Source: Macrostomum hystrix (taxonomy: Eukaryota > Animalia > Platyhelminthes). From it: DNA of 64,000 nucleotides. Positions within the stretch are counted from its first letter, which is position 1; every line of letters starts with the position of its first letter. The position numbers and the translations under genes were made by a program. Location of the stretch: the NCBI GenBank assembly GCA_950097015.1, contig CATNEN010000039.1:8618001-8682000 (forward strand), read 5' to 3'. The notes below the pieces were generated by a model. It did no database searches and was not told where the DNA came from. It worked only from the letters and a program-made list of their open reading frames with translations. Of the stretch, positions 27,201 through 42,200 are shown in pieces.

Positions 27201-30200
27201 GTCCCAACTCAATTTTGAAATCTTAATATTTTTTAATTAATTAGGAAACACTTTTGCAGATATTGGACAGGTGAGCAGTTTGATTTTCTCAGAATATTAG
27301 CTCTTCGGAGAGGGTAGAGAGATTGAGGGAGACAGAGGGTGAGAGGGGTAGACAGATTGAGGGAGACAGAGGGTGAGATGGGTAGGGAGATTGAGGGAGA
27401 CAGAGGGTGAGAGGGGTAGAGAGATTGAGGGAGACAGAGGGTGAGAGGGGTAGAGAGATTGAGGGAGACAGAGGGTGAGAGGGGTAGAGAGATTGAGGGA
27501 GACAGAGGGTGAGAGGGGTAGAGACATTGAGGGAGACAGAGGGTGAGAGGGGTAGAGAGATTGAGGGAGACAGAGGGTGAGATGGGTAGGGAGATTGAGG
27601 GAGACAGAGGGTTAGATGGGTAGGGAGATTGAGGGAGACAGAGGGTTAGATGGGTAGGGAGATTGAGGGAGACAGAAGATAAGATGGGTAGGGAGATTGA
27701 GGGAGACAGAAGATAAGATGGGTAGGGAGATGGAGGGAGACAGAGGGTGAGATGGGTAGGAAGATTGAGGGAGACAGAAGATAAGATGGGTAGGGAGATG
27801 GAGGGAGACAGAGGGTGAGATGGGTAGGGAGATTTAGGGAGACAGAGGGTGAGATGGGTAGGGAGATTGAGGGAGACAGAGGGTTAGATGGGTAGGGATG
27901 GATGGATGGATGGATGGATGGATGGATGGATGGATGGGTGGATGGATGGATGGATGGATGGATGGATGGATGGATGGATGGATGGATGGATGGATGGATG
28001 GATGGATGGATGGATGGATGGATGGATGGATGGATGGATGGATGGATGGATGGATGGATGGATGGATGGATGGATGGATGGATGGATGGATGGATGGATG
28101 GATGGATGGATGGATGGATGGATGGATGGATTAGATGGATGGACGCAAGACTGAAAAGTGTATGGCAGTTATGCTGAGCAGTAAAAATCTACTTTAATCT
28201 GATTGGATCTGGACTCTACTCAAAACACACGCATCTCTCTCCATCCGTCAGGCAGTGCGCTTCTACGAGCGTAAAGCAGACATTTATGATTCCACAATTG
28301 CCAACAGACTCAGCTCCGTCGCTGGCAGCTTTGACACTTGACCAGCCCGAGCACAGCACTTTTGCTGGACAAGCTGTGCACTATTATAGCGTAGAAACTA
28401 TTTAACAATGGAATTCTCTCTTTGTGTTAGAAATCTTATGCGTTCGACCTCCCATCCCGAAGTTATAATATTCTAAAGATCTCCCATTCCTACAATCTCC
28501 CATCTAGAAAATCTCCCATCTAGAAAATCTCCCATCCCGAAAATCTCCCATCCTGAAAATCTCCCATCTCGAAAATCCCCATCCTGAAAATCTCCCATCC
28601 TGAAAATCTCCCATTCTGAAAATCTCCCATCCAAGAAATCTCCCATTCTGAAAATCTCCCATCCTATAAATCTCCCATCCTGAAAATCTCCCGTCCTGAA
28701 AATCTCCCATCCCAGAAATCTCTCATTCTGAAAATGTCCCATCCTGAAAATCTCCCATCCTGAAAATCTCCCGTCCTGAAAATCTCCTATCTAGAAAATC
28801 TCCCATCTAGAAAATCTCCCATCTAGAAAATCTCCCATCTAGAAAATCTCCCATCTCGAAAATCTCCCATCTAGAAAATCTCCCATCTAGAAAATCTCCC
28901 ATCTCAAAAATCTCCCATCTATAAAATCTCCCATCTAGAAAATCTCCCATCTAGAAAATCTCCCATCTATAAAATCTCCCATCTCGAAAATCTCTTATCT
29001 AGAAAATCTCCCATATCGAAAATCTCCCATCTAGAAAATCTCCCATCCCAGAAATCTCCCATCTAGAAAATCTCCCATCTAGAAAATCTCCCATCCTATA
29101 AATCTCCCATCCCAAAATTTCCCTTTCTGAAGCCACCTCTTTCCCGAAAAGCTAATTTTAGAACATCTCTCTCGAAAATCATTTTCCCCCGAAATTCTCC
29201 TCTCCTGAAAATTTCCATAACAAAAAATTCCCTAAAAAGCCATTAAAGGATCTCTCCAATGATGAATAATTTTATTGTTAAGATCTATTACCTGTCTAAT
29301 TTTGAGTGTCATGTCACGCACAAGTGTCTTAATCGCTTCATTCACAGAAAAATTCTCTTTCTTAAGCACAACGTTTGTTGCGTAATAATAGGCCGAAAGA
29401 AAAAAATGGTCATTTTATCGGGATAAATTATTAAACGAAATGAATTCAGAGGCAGCCTGATACAATAAAATCTCAGCCCAGATACTGAGAGTTTGATAAA
29501 CTCGCAACTGTCAGTTACCATCAGATCTTTTTTGAATTGCCCCATCAGCTCATAGCAATGAGTAGTGTCTCAGTGCTACACGAAGTCTATACGAATGGAG
29601 GCCAAAAAGTTGTCAAGCGCTGTTGTACTTCGGCCAGTCAATTCACGCCTGATTGCATCAGTGTGACACGATGCCCCGGGACTTCGTTAGTTGAATTTAA
29701 ATTAGTTTAGTGCGGCGAGCCAGGGACCCTTCAAGCAGACAGTAGGAACTGCTGCCTATTTTAATTGCACAATAAAAATGCTCCGAGTGCGTGTAGTTTC
29801 ATATAGACATGGAGCAATATTGGTTTGAACTGATTCGGACTTTGAGTACAGTCTCAGGCTAGGATTATACTGAAGTAGAAGCACACAGGACTCGTGGAGT
29901 CTCAGTTGTCTACTCTACCATCCACTGTCTGCACTCTACTCTACCATCTACAGTTTACTTTCTACTCTACTATCCACTGTCTACTCTCTACTCTACCATC
30001 CACTGTCTACTCTCTACTCTACCATCCACTGTCTACTCTCTACTCTACCATCCACTGTCTACTCTCTACTCTACCATCCACTGTCTACTCTCTACTCTAC
30101 CATACACTGTCTACTCTCTACTCTACCATCTACTGTCTACTCTCTACTCTACTATCTACTGTTTACTCTCTACTCTACCATCCACTGTTTACTCTCTACT

Positions 30201-33200
30201 CTACCATCTACTGTTTACTCTCTACTCTACCATCCACTGTCTACTCTCTACTTTACCATCTACTGTTTACTTTCTACTCTACCATATACTGTTTACTCTC
30301 TACTCTACCATCCACTGTCTACTCTCTACTTTACCATCTACTGTTTACTTTCTACTCTACCATATACTGTTTACTCTCTACTCTACCATATACTGTCTAC
30401 TCTCTACTCTACCATCCACTGTCTACTTTCTACTTTACCATCTACTGTTTACTTTCTACTCTACCATATACTGTTTACTCTCTACTCTACCATCCACTGT
30501 CTACTCTCTACTCTACCATCCACTGTCTACTCTCTACTCTACCATATACTGTTTACTCTCTACTCTACCATCCACTGTCTACTCTCTACTCTACCATCTA
30601 CTGTTTACTCTCTACTCTACCATCTACTGTCTACTCTCTACTCTACCATCTACTGTCTACTCTCTACTCTACTATCTACTGTTTACTCTCTACTCTACTA
30701 TCTACTGTTTACTCTCTACTCTACTATCTACTGTTTACTCTCTACTCTACCATCCACTGTTTACTCTCTACTCTGTGAGGCCACAAAGGCGGAGAGATGT
30801 CCATCATCTGGGTCCTAGCTTTGGCGCGGAAACACCTAGAGCAACTTAGGTAGCGGGTTTTTTCTGTCGTGTTTCTTCTATTTTTCTGCTCGCGTGCGGG
30901 TCCTGAGCAGTCCAGTCTCCGCTACCTTCATCTCTCCACCCATTCCCTACTCTTCATCCTTCACTTCCGCCGTTACTATACACTAGAAAGAATATATTAA
31001 ATAAGCTAAAGAAATATTATTAAGAAGCACTTGAAGCGCTGGTTAAAGTCCTATTAAGGCTGATGCCATCAACCTTGTCTGCCGTTCCCAATAGGCGGAG
31101 AAGAAAATTCAAAGACTGAAAGGAAACACGGCTTCCTTTTTATGATCATTCGCGTCCAGACTTGCAGTTTGTTATTTTGTCTTAACAAATGGAAATTTGT
31201 ATCTCTCTGGGGAAATATTATCACTAATCTTCTGAAATGCTATTGAAAATGCTCTTTGGAATAATGATCTGTTGATTTCAGTCGCGAGCAATAATTTAAT
31301 AATGGTGTTTTTTGCCGACACCAAAAGTGATTACTCAGTGAGAACACTTTGAGATTGCTTTGAAAGCAGCATGAAGACAAGAGTAGCATAAAATACTCGT
31401 TATCTTATCGAATCAAGAAAGATACTATTGTGTCTTCAAAATCTCCAAAACTTCAAAAAATTTGAACTTCAAACTCCAACTTCAAAATCTCCCAACTTTA
31501 AAATCTCCCAACTTCAAAATCTCCCAACTTCAAAATCTCCCAACTTCAAAATCTCCCAACTTTAAAATCTCGCCAATTCGAATTTTTCCAATTTCAAACC
31601 ATTTTTTAACTCAGATTTAAACGATTCCTTAACGTCAAAACTTTCCGATAAAAAATCTCCTAACTTTGTAATCTCCAAACTAAAAATGTTTCCTTTCGTT
31701 AAGATCTAAAAGGTTTTAAGACTTCCTGCTTCGGAAATGTACAACCCTGTTGTAAACAATTTTCGACAATTCGAAAATCTATTTGCTTCGAAATATCAGA
31801 ATGCATAAGTCACCAAGAAATACTAAAAAAATAAATTATAACAAACTTATGACTTACATTCTCGACTGGCCGAGGGACCTGAAAGTTTCGGAGTGCAACA
31901 TAATAAATTAGGGTGAAAATTATGCTTCACATAGGAATTAATATGTAGATAAGAGTATTATATAATGGGATATCTAATGGGAGAATTCTATGGGGATCTA
32001 GAATCTAATGGGAGAATTCTATGGGGATCTGGAATGTAATGGGAGAGTTCTATGAGGATCTGGAATCTAATGGGATAATTCTATGGGGATTTGGAATCTA
32101 ATGGCAGAATTCCATGGGGATTTGGAATCTAATGGGAGAATTCTATGGGGATCGGGAATCTAATGGGAGAAATCTGGCAGATAAAGGGAAGTATTTCCCT
32201 TGCTTTATTCGAATATTAAGAAGGTGGGAATTTTTCAGTTCTGGGAAACGATTTATTAATTCTGAAATCGGGAAAAATCCCATTAACGAGGGACCATCGC
32301 ATCCTAGCGATGAAACTCACCCACAGAGAAGTCAAGCCAGAAAAGTCCCGTTGGATCACCGGACTCTATACGATAAGCCAGGCTTTCAGAGCCACCAGCT
32401 GACTCAGCTGTCACCGTGGCAACCAGGCTGTCAACCGCAAGCGCCTCGGAGACGCTCACACGGCGCCTGTCTGCTGGTCTGTACGCCGGTCCGGCTGTTG
32501 AAGCCACTAGAACCGTTACCATAGCAACGGAGCTCAACGCCGGGCTGCCGGCGTCGACAGCAGACACGACAATGTCGAAGCTTCGCGCGTCGATTCCGCC
32601 GATAGCGACGCTGCGAACCAAGCTGAGGGCCCCGCTGTGGCGATCAACGCTGAAGAGGCACCCGAAGCTGCCGCCACTTAGGACACGACCGACTTCGGAG
32701 ACGCTGACGATCGAGTAGCTGACGGTGCCGTTTTCGCCAGCGTCTGGATCTTCAGCGACGACAGAGCCAATAGGGAGGCGCTCCGACTCAAGCGACTGAG
32801 GAGCTCGGCGAATGACAAAACGGTAGGGCGCGCCAACAAACACCGGCGCATTGTCATTGACGTCTCCAACGTCGACGCGAACTCCGACCCGACCCTCCGA
32901 AGTCAGAGTGGTGGCGGAGATGGCGAAGCGAATCGATCGACGACCAGGCGGAAGAGACTCCGCGTCCAGTTGGACGGCCAGGCTCACCAGACCGCTGACG
33001 GCGTCCACGCTGAAGTGTCGCTCTGCCAAGGCGAAGTCTTCGGCAAAGTCGGCCAGTGGGCGAAGAGCGAATCGGCATGGCTGATCGAGCGGAGGCTCCG
33101 GCCAAGGTCGGATCTGGCCGATCGTGTGACCGGTTGGCGAGTTCTCATCGATTCTTGCTGCGATACCTCCGACTGGTCGAAGTAGTAGCAGCAGCAGCGG

Positions 33201-36200
33201 AGGCGATGGCAGTTGATTTCGTAGCGAGCCGACGCCTCCTACATCGACTGTGATGCTGCTGACGACCGAGTGTCTGGAGTCGTTGGCCATCAGCCGGAGT
33301 CGGTAAAGTCCGCGGACAAGTGTCGTCGAGCCGAACGCTGCTGAAATCCAGCCGGTCTCAGCGTCGACAACAAAAGTGCCCGTCGCGTCCGCTTCTGAGC
33401 CGTCGACATTGCTGATTAACGTCGTCGACGCCACTGCGAGAATCGGTGGCGATCCGACCAGGTCTGGATCGGTGACTCGAACCCGCGTCACCCGAGCACC
33501 CTGGTAGGTTGGCAGTTCCAGCGCCGAGACGATCGACGGTGCCACTATTATCGGCGGGGTATCGTCTACGTCGCCGACTTCAATGCGGACGCGAACGGCT
33601 TGAAGGCTGCGCATCGGTCGCGGCTGTCCACGGTCGCGGGCCCAAACGCGCAGTTCGTACCGGCTGACCAGCTCGCGGTTCAGCTGGCCGCGCAGTCGAA
33701 GAGCGCCCGTGTCTGGATCGATGTAGAACGGCGACAGCGTGTCGTCGCCTTCGACATTGGAGCCGGCTGTCCAGATCTCGTACTCGACGGCTCCGTTATC
33801 GCCGCTGTCGGCGTCCGTTGCCAACAACACCAGGGCAGCTCCGGCGGCGGAGAACGAAGTCGAGTTGGTCGACCAATTTGCGTCGAAAACGCGGACGACG
33901 CTGCCGATTGGAGCGTCCTCGGACACCCAGCCGACGACGAGGAGGTCGCAAGTAGGCGTCGACCATTCCGGCCGGTTGTCATTGACATCGCGCAGCGTCA
34001 CGCGGACTCGAATCTCGGCCGCCACCGGCGCGGAGGCATCCGCAGCAGCGAGCCGGGCTGTCACAGCCAGCACTAAATGCGACTCGCCTCTGTCCCGGCG
34101 GTCCAAACCCGCTCTGGCTGTCGTGATGACTCCGCTGCTCGGTCCGATGTCAAAATAGTCTCGCCATTCTGGCGGCGAAGCGTTTGACAGGGCAAAGACA
34201 AGCGCTGGGAGCTCGATGCGTTGATGATTGTCTTCTGCCGCGGAGTCTTCAGATGGCACCGCCACAACGCGGGCAACGAAAGCACCTATAGGAGCGTCCT
34301 CATCGAGGGCGACAAACTCAGACGGTTGAACGCTGAGGTCAACGGTGCGGCGTCCAGTCAGCGACTGTGGCGATGTCGATGTGTCGGCGCGAACGGACAC
34401 ATTCAGTCGGAGGCGCCGGGTAGTCTGAGGTTGGGACCCGGGCCTCATTTTCAGCGTCAGGGAGAAATTGGCTCCAGGTATAATCTGTACGGTTGAAGCA
34501 GTGGCGATTGCGACCAGACCCGTGGCTGGGTCGATGCTGAATAGGCCGGGATCGTTGCCTAGGCAACGGGATATGCGAGAAAATGTAAAATGTGCCTATT
34601 AAAGATGAAACCAGCAATTAGACAAAAACCTGTAAAGTAAAACTGAACCATTTAGGCAATAAGTGAACTTTTTAGACAATAAATAAAACAGTTAGACAGG
34701 AATGGAACCTTTGAGCCTAGAAATGAACCTGTTAGACTAGAATTGAACCTGTTAGACTAGAAATGAACCTGTTAGACTAGAATTGAACCTGTTAGACTAG
34801 AAATGAACCTGTTAGAGAAGAAGTGAACCTGTTACACTAGAAACAATCCTCTTAGAGAAGAAATGAACCTGTTACACAAGAAACGAACCTGTTACACAAG
34901 AAACAAACCTGTTACACAAGAAACGAACCTGTTAGACTAGAAACGAACCTGTTACACAAGAAACGAACCTGTTAGACTAGAAATGAACCTGTTAGACTAG
35001 AAATGAACCTGTTAGACTAGAAATGAAACAGTTAGTTAAGAAAGGAACCTTTGAGCCTAGAAATGAACCTGTTAGACTAGAAATATACCTGTTAGACTAG
35101 AAATATACCTGTTAGACTAGAAATATACCTGTTAGACTAGAAATGTACCTGTTAGACAAGAAATGAACCTGTTAGACATTTCAGCTTTATCATACATTCT
35201 GATGTAGTTTCAGAGAAATAACTTTCAGTACGAACTGACTCGCTCTTCTTATTTTTTCCCTCCAACCCCAACTCAAAGTCGCTGTGCGGGCTATCGGAGA
35301 CAGCCAATTAGTCATCCGTGGAGCTGTCCTGAACGCGAAGCTCCGTGGAGCCTGGCTGAGTAGACTCAGCTCACAAAAAAACTAAGCTTAGCTTTCTATC
35401 TCAGCGGAGAGACTCAATTGTCTCCGCTGTATCTGACTCTTTTCGCTATTATCAGAAAATGAGAAGATAAGTCGGCCTGGGACTAGCACTAGCCATGTGT
35501 CTCCTGTTAGTCTCTATGGAATCCGAGTCACTCAGACGAAGGCGCTACAGAAAATGCGACAAATTTTAATTCGGTGCACGAAAGTAAATAATGTAAGGCC
35601 AATTTAAAATTAGTTTATTTAAACAGTTAACTACAAGTTTATCCCCAAAGGCACACGGAGACATATAATCGTATAATTTCCAAAGGATCTAAAGACTTTG
35701 TACAGACTGTATTGTCCATGGACATAAGACCTGAAGCAATCGAGAATCTATTGACTTGCTCATCGCTCCCCCGTAGCTAAAACTCAAACTAATGACCTCT
35801 GTTTAAAAGTTAAACAGATACAGACAAATGCAAGCCAATATACAGAAAGATACAGGCAAGTTCTAACAGATATCAACCAATATTCAGACAGAGATACAGG
35901 CAAGTACAGAAAGATACAGTCAAGTACAGACAGATACAGTCAAGTACAGACAGATACAGTCAAGTACAGACAGATACAGGCAAGTACAGACAGATACAGG
36001 CAAGTACAGACAGATACAGTCAAGTACAGACAGATACAGTCAAGTACAGACAGATACAGTCAAGTACAGACAGATACAGTCAAGTACAGAAAGATACAGT
36101 CAAGTACAGACAGATACAGGCAAGTACAGACAGATACAGGCAAGTACAGACAGATACAGGCAAGTACAGACAGATACAGTCAAGTACAGACAGATACAGG

Positions 36201-39200
36201 CAAGTACAGACAGATACAGGCAAGTACAGACAGATACAGTCAAGTACAGACAGATACAGGCAAGTACAGACAGATACAGGCAAGTACAGACAGATACAGG
36301 CAAGTACAGACAGATACAGGCAAGTAAGTAGTAAAGCTAAGATGTCTAGATTAACAATTAACATTGATTAAATGATCAAGCCTCAGTCACAAAAGACCAA
36401 AGCACAACAGAGGCAAACAATGCGGCAATCAATTATAGTGTAGACTTTAGCCTCTTTCACTAATGAAACTGGCTTTCTCTGGCTCTGCCCGGAGCGCATT
36501 TGGCCGGCCCGATTCTAGGAGCATTATAAAATCTGAAAGCGCCAATCTCACTGACTGCTTTCCTAGACTGAGGGCCTAGTTTATTGCAATATTGGACTGG
36601 TTGGGCTAACAAATTTGCATCAATAGGACATGCAGGGTGAATTTACGAGATGCACTGCTCACACTGTGCTCAGAAATTGCTCGGAGAACAAAAAAGGCCC
36701 GAAGATATACAAATAGAATCCCAACATGGAATGCCCAAGTAAATTTATGGACAGTAGCTGATAACCATTCCAATCAGTCAATAGATCAGTAGCTTCAGCC
36801 AATAGATGAGTAGCTTTAGTCAATAGATCAGTAGCTTCAGCCAATAGATGAGTAGCTTTAGTCAATAGATCAGTAGCTTCAGCCAATAGATGAGTAGCTT
36901 TAGTCAATAGATCAGTAGCTTCAGCCAATAGATGAGTAGCTTTAGTCAATAGATCAGTAGCTTCAGCCAATAGATGAGTAGCTTTAGTCAATAGATCAGT
37001 AGCTTCAGCCAATAGATGAGTAGCTTTAGTCAATAGATCAGTAGCTTCAGCCAATAGATAAGTAGCTTTAGTCAATAGATCAGTAGCTTCAGCCAATAGA
37101 TGAGTAGCTTTAGTCAATAGATCAGTAGCTTCAGCCAATAGATGAGTAGCTTTAGTCAATAGATCAGTAGCTTCAGCCAATAGATAAGTAGCTTTAGTCA
37201 ATAGATCAGTAGCTTCAGCCAATAGATGAGTAGCTTTAGTCAATAGATCAGTAGCTTCAGCCAATAGATGAGTAGCTTTAGTCAATAGATCAGTAGCTTC
37301 AGCCAATAGATGAGTAGCTTTAGTCAATAGATCAAAAGCTGATGGAAATTTCAATAAAATTTATTGATTCATCAATCGATGTTTCCGTGTCTGAATTTAG
37401 GAGTAAAAATCAACATTTCAACCTGTCGGACCTTGATCGGATGCACTAATAAAGTTGCGAAATTAGCCTTCTAAAAGTGCGCTGAATTATCGCATCGATT
37501 CGCGACAGGCCCGACTATAAAGAATTTATAAATATTCGATCGAAATTGAGTCTGAGAAGGCACACAGACACACACACAGTTCCAGACTTCCAAGCTCCAG
37601 ACTGAAATTTATCATCTCCCGCTCTGCCGTAAGTGTTTTTAAAATTAGGCAGTAATTTGCATAATTATGCGTTTCATTTTGTGTCCGCTTTTACTGCTCA
37701 AGCCAGACAACTTGGCCAGGGAATTCTCCTTAGACTTTCAAAAGTTCAATTGACTTTAGCAAACACATTTAACTTTTATCATTCTCTGATAATCACTAAT
37801 TACTGTCTAATCATTGAGTTCATCAATCAATAAAATCTGATCATTCACTTCATCAGCAAATAAAATCTGATCATTCACTTCATCAGCCAATAAAATCTGA
37901 TCATTAACTTCATTAGTCAATGAAATCTGATCATTCACTTCATCAGCCAATAAAATCTGATCATTAACTTCATTAGTCAATGAAATCTGATCATTCACTT
38001 CATTAGTCAATAAAATCTGATCATTCACTTCATCAGCCAATAAAATCTGATCATTCACTTCATCAGCCAATAAAATCTGATCATTCACTTCATCAGCCAA
38101 TAAAATCTGATCATTAACTTTATCAGCCAATAAAATCTGATCATTCACTTCATTAGTCAATAAAATCTGATTATTCACTTCATCAGCTGATAAAATCTGA
38201 TCATTCACTTCATTAGTCAATGAAATCTGATCATTCACTTCATCAGCCAATGAAATCTGATCATTCACCTCATCAGCTAAAAAAATCTGATCATTCACTT
38301 CATCAGCCAATAAACTCTGATCATTCACTTCATCAGCTAAAAAAATCTGATCATTCACTTCATCAGCCAATAAAATCTGATCATTCACTTCATCAGTCAA
38401 TAAAATCTGATCATTCACTTCATCAGCCAATAAAATCTGATCATTCACTTCATCAGCCAATAAAATCTGATCTTTCACTTCATCAGCCAATGAAATCTGA
38501 TCATTCACTTCATCAGCCAATGAAATCTGATCATTCACTTCATCAGCCAATGAAATCTGATCATTCACTTAATCAGTCAATGAAATCTGATCATTCACTT
38601 CATCAGCCAATAAAATCTGATCATTCACTTCATCAGCCAATGAAATCTGATCATTCACTTCATCAGCTAATAAAATCTGATCATTCACTTCATCAGCCAA
38701 TGAAATCTGATCATTCACTTCATCAGCTAATAAAATCTGATCATTCACTTCATCAGCTAATAAAATGTGATCATTCACTTCATCAGCCAATGAAATCTGA
38801 TCATTCACTTCATCAGCCAATAAAATCTGATCATTCACTTCATCAGCCAATGAAATCTGATCATTCACTTCATCAGTCATTAAAACCTGATCCTCCAAGT
38901 AATGCTGAGTTCTGCTCCACCCATAAAATTTTCTTTCAGTCTCCAACATTCAGCTCATTTCCAGCAATTGCAGAGCACACACAGGCCAGCAGCATGACTC
39001 AAAGCAATATAGAGCCAGTGTGTAACTTGCGTGATGTGTGCAGGATTGCATAACAAGTTAAAACAGGGCTAAAAACTGAGCATTAAGGAGTGACTGAATG
39101 AAGGCCGGAGACCCAGTCTTTGAAGGCAATTCGCTGTCTGAATTGCTTGAAAAAAGCATGTAAAAAACAATATATTTTCCGTTACAAGGTAAACATTTGT

Positions 39201-42200
39201 TTAAATGAACTGGCTTCATTCATGCTTCTTTAATGGAAGATTTTTTTCTTTTTTTCTGAATTGCTGAGTGAAGCTTCCAGATTTTTTCAAGCCGCTGTCA
39301 GTTTCAATTTACCTGGATAAATGTCGTCTGTTGAAACGATTTCTACAACCAAAGTGTTTCATTATTTATTGCCATTTTCTTGTATTCCCCGCAAAGCAGA
39401 AACAGTTCATCACTCACTGACCAAACGCAAAGCGAGTTACTTAAACTACTAATTGTTTTTCTGAATTATCAGTTAGTCATTTCTTAGTCGATTCTGTATC
39501 CAGCCTACCAATCTATCGTATTATTCGATTGCGTAATAGTAAAATGACGATAAAAAATCCCTATACGAGCCTGCCAGCAGAAATGGGGATGAATGATGGG
39601 ACGCGTTTCATTGGTCAGGCCTCGTTTGACTTTCTATTTAGTTTTGTTATCTCAGGAAACTGGCAGTTCTGAACGAAATTATGCTCCAATTCTTTGCTCT
39701 CTTATCGATGAGGAATTTCTGTTGTGTCTGTCCTGCAAAATTTTTAGTCAGGACTGCACACGTGACACTGGAATTCGTTTTGTTATAATACTCGGATTTC
39801 AGCAGCGACTGACGCGTTGATAGAAGACTTCACTCTTGCTGCGATTCTAGCTGCGATTCTAGCTGCGATTCTAGGTGCGATTCAACGTGCAATTCTAGGT
39901 GCGATTCTAGCTGTGATTCTAGCTGTGATTCTAGCTGCGATTCTAGCTGTGATTCTAGCTGCGATTCTAGCTGCGATTCTAGCTGTGATTCTAGCTGCGA
40001 TTCTAGCTGTGATTCTAGCTGCGATTCTAGCTGCGATTCTAGCTGTGATTCTAGCTGCGATTCTAGCTGCGATTCTAGCTGTGATTCTAGCTGTGATTCT
40101 AGGTGCGATTCTAGGTGCGATTCTAGGTGCGATTCTAGCTGTGATTCTAGCTGTGATTCTAGCTGCGATTCTAGCTGTGATTCTAGCTGCGATTCTAGCT
40201 GCGATTCTAGCTGTGATTCTAGCTGCGATTCTAGCTGTGATTCTAGCTGCGATTCTAGCTGTGATTCTAGCTGTGATTCTAGCTGCGATTCTAGCTGTGA
40301 TTCTAGCTGCGATTCTAGCTGTGATTCTAGCTGCGATTCTAGCTGTGATTCTAGCTGCGATTCTAGCTGTGATTCTAGCTGTGATTCTAGCTGTGATTCT
40401 AGCTGTGATTCTAGCTGCGATTCTAGCTGTGATTCTAGCTGTGATTCTAGCTGTGATTCTAGCTGTGATTCTAGCTGCGATTCTAGCTGCGATTCTAGCT
40501 GTAATTCTAGCTGTGATTCTAGCTGCGATTCTAGTTGTGATTCTAGCTTTGATTCTAGCTGTGATTCTAGCTGCGATTCTAGGTGCGATTCTAGGTGCGA
40601 TTCTAGCTGTGATTCTAGCTGCGATTCTAGCTGCGATTCTAGGTGCGATTCAAGGTGCAATTCTAGGTGCGATTCTAGGTGCGATTCTAGCTGCGATTCT
40701 AGTTGTGATTCTAGGTGCGATTCTAGCTGCGATTCTAGCTGTGATTCTAGGTGCAATTCTAGCTGCGATTCTAGCTGCGATTCTAGCTGTGATTCTAGCT
40801 GCGATTCTAGTTGTGATTCTAGGTGTAATTCTAGGTGCAATTCTAGGTGCGATTCTAGCTGCGATTCTAGCTGTGGTTCTAGCTGCGATTCTAGTTGTAA
40901 TTCTAGGTGCGATTCTAGCTGCGATTCTAGCTGTGATTCTAGGTGCAATTCTAGCTGCGATTCTAGCTGCGATTCTAGCTGTGATTCTAGCTGCGATTCT
41001 AGTTGTGATTCTAGGTGTAATTCTAGGTGCAATTCTAGGTGCGATTCTAGCTGCGATTCTAGCTGTGGTTCTAGCTGCGATTCTAGTTGTGATTCTAGGT
41101 GCGATTCTAGCTGCGATTCTAGCTGCGATTCTAGCTGTGATTCTAGCTGCGATTCTAGTTGTGATTCTAGGAGTGATTCTAGCTGTGATTCTAGCTGTGA
41201 TTCTAGCTGCGATTCTAGTTGTGATTCTAGGAGTGATTCTAGCTGCGATTCTAGTTGCAAATCTAGGTGCGATCTTAGCTGCGATTCTAGCTGCGATTCT
41301 AGCTGCGATTCCAGCTGCGATACTTGTCACAGTTCCATCTGTGATTTCAGCTGCGATTCAAATATAAATTCTTTCTTCTAATTTCACAAAAAAGCCAGCA
41401 ACCAACAGTTCCATAAGCTTCGCAGATTTAAGCCTCAAATAACAGCATATTCTGTGACGCAATTATTCGCACAAGCGGGACTAACAAGGTAGTAATCACC
41501 TAAGCATTCTTTATAGAAGCTGTCAAAAATCCTGGCCCTCTAGCCGGTTTAGAAAACTGTGTCTAAACAATATCCAAACCGAAGCGACGCGCCAAATTGA
41601 AGAGGAACCCAGAAGAGCCTTGTCAAAATCGGGCAGGTATCGAGCTGTGGCATTATTGCGTAATTCTGGAGTGGGTATTAGGCGGGATAACCACTGGGCT
41701 GACGGCGCTTTCCAAGGCTTAGGTTAGCCGCTGAAGAGCCACTTGGAGAATGCGTTAGGACCGCCGTCTCGGATAGTCTTCTACGAAATACCGCTATGAA
41801 TCATTAAGTCTTCTTTAATATAAAAACCATTTGAAATTGAGTAGCCTAGCAGTTTTTTCGAGCTTCGGTTTCTGAGAGGTCTTTAGTTCGAATCTGAAGG
41901 CTGCGCAGTCCATGGACTGGGGGGAGGGGGCGAAGCCACACTCTGAACTCCACTGTTCTAGTGGAGTCGGGAATCGAACCCCCGACCTTTAAGTCATGTA
42001 CAACCCACATGATAAAGACACAAAATTAGCCTTTGTCCCACTAGCACTAGCTGTGGAAGGAGTTTTGGTGACCGTGTAGACGTGGCGTCTCCTACCCAGT
42101 CCATGGACTGAGCAGATGTACATAATCTATGGAAGCACAGCGTCATAAGCTGTATATCTGGGTTAATATTTGCAGGAGGGCTGTGGACAATGGCACATCA

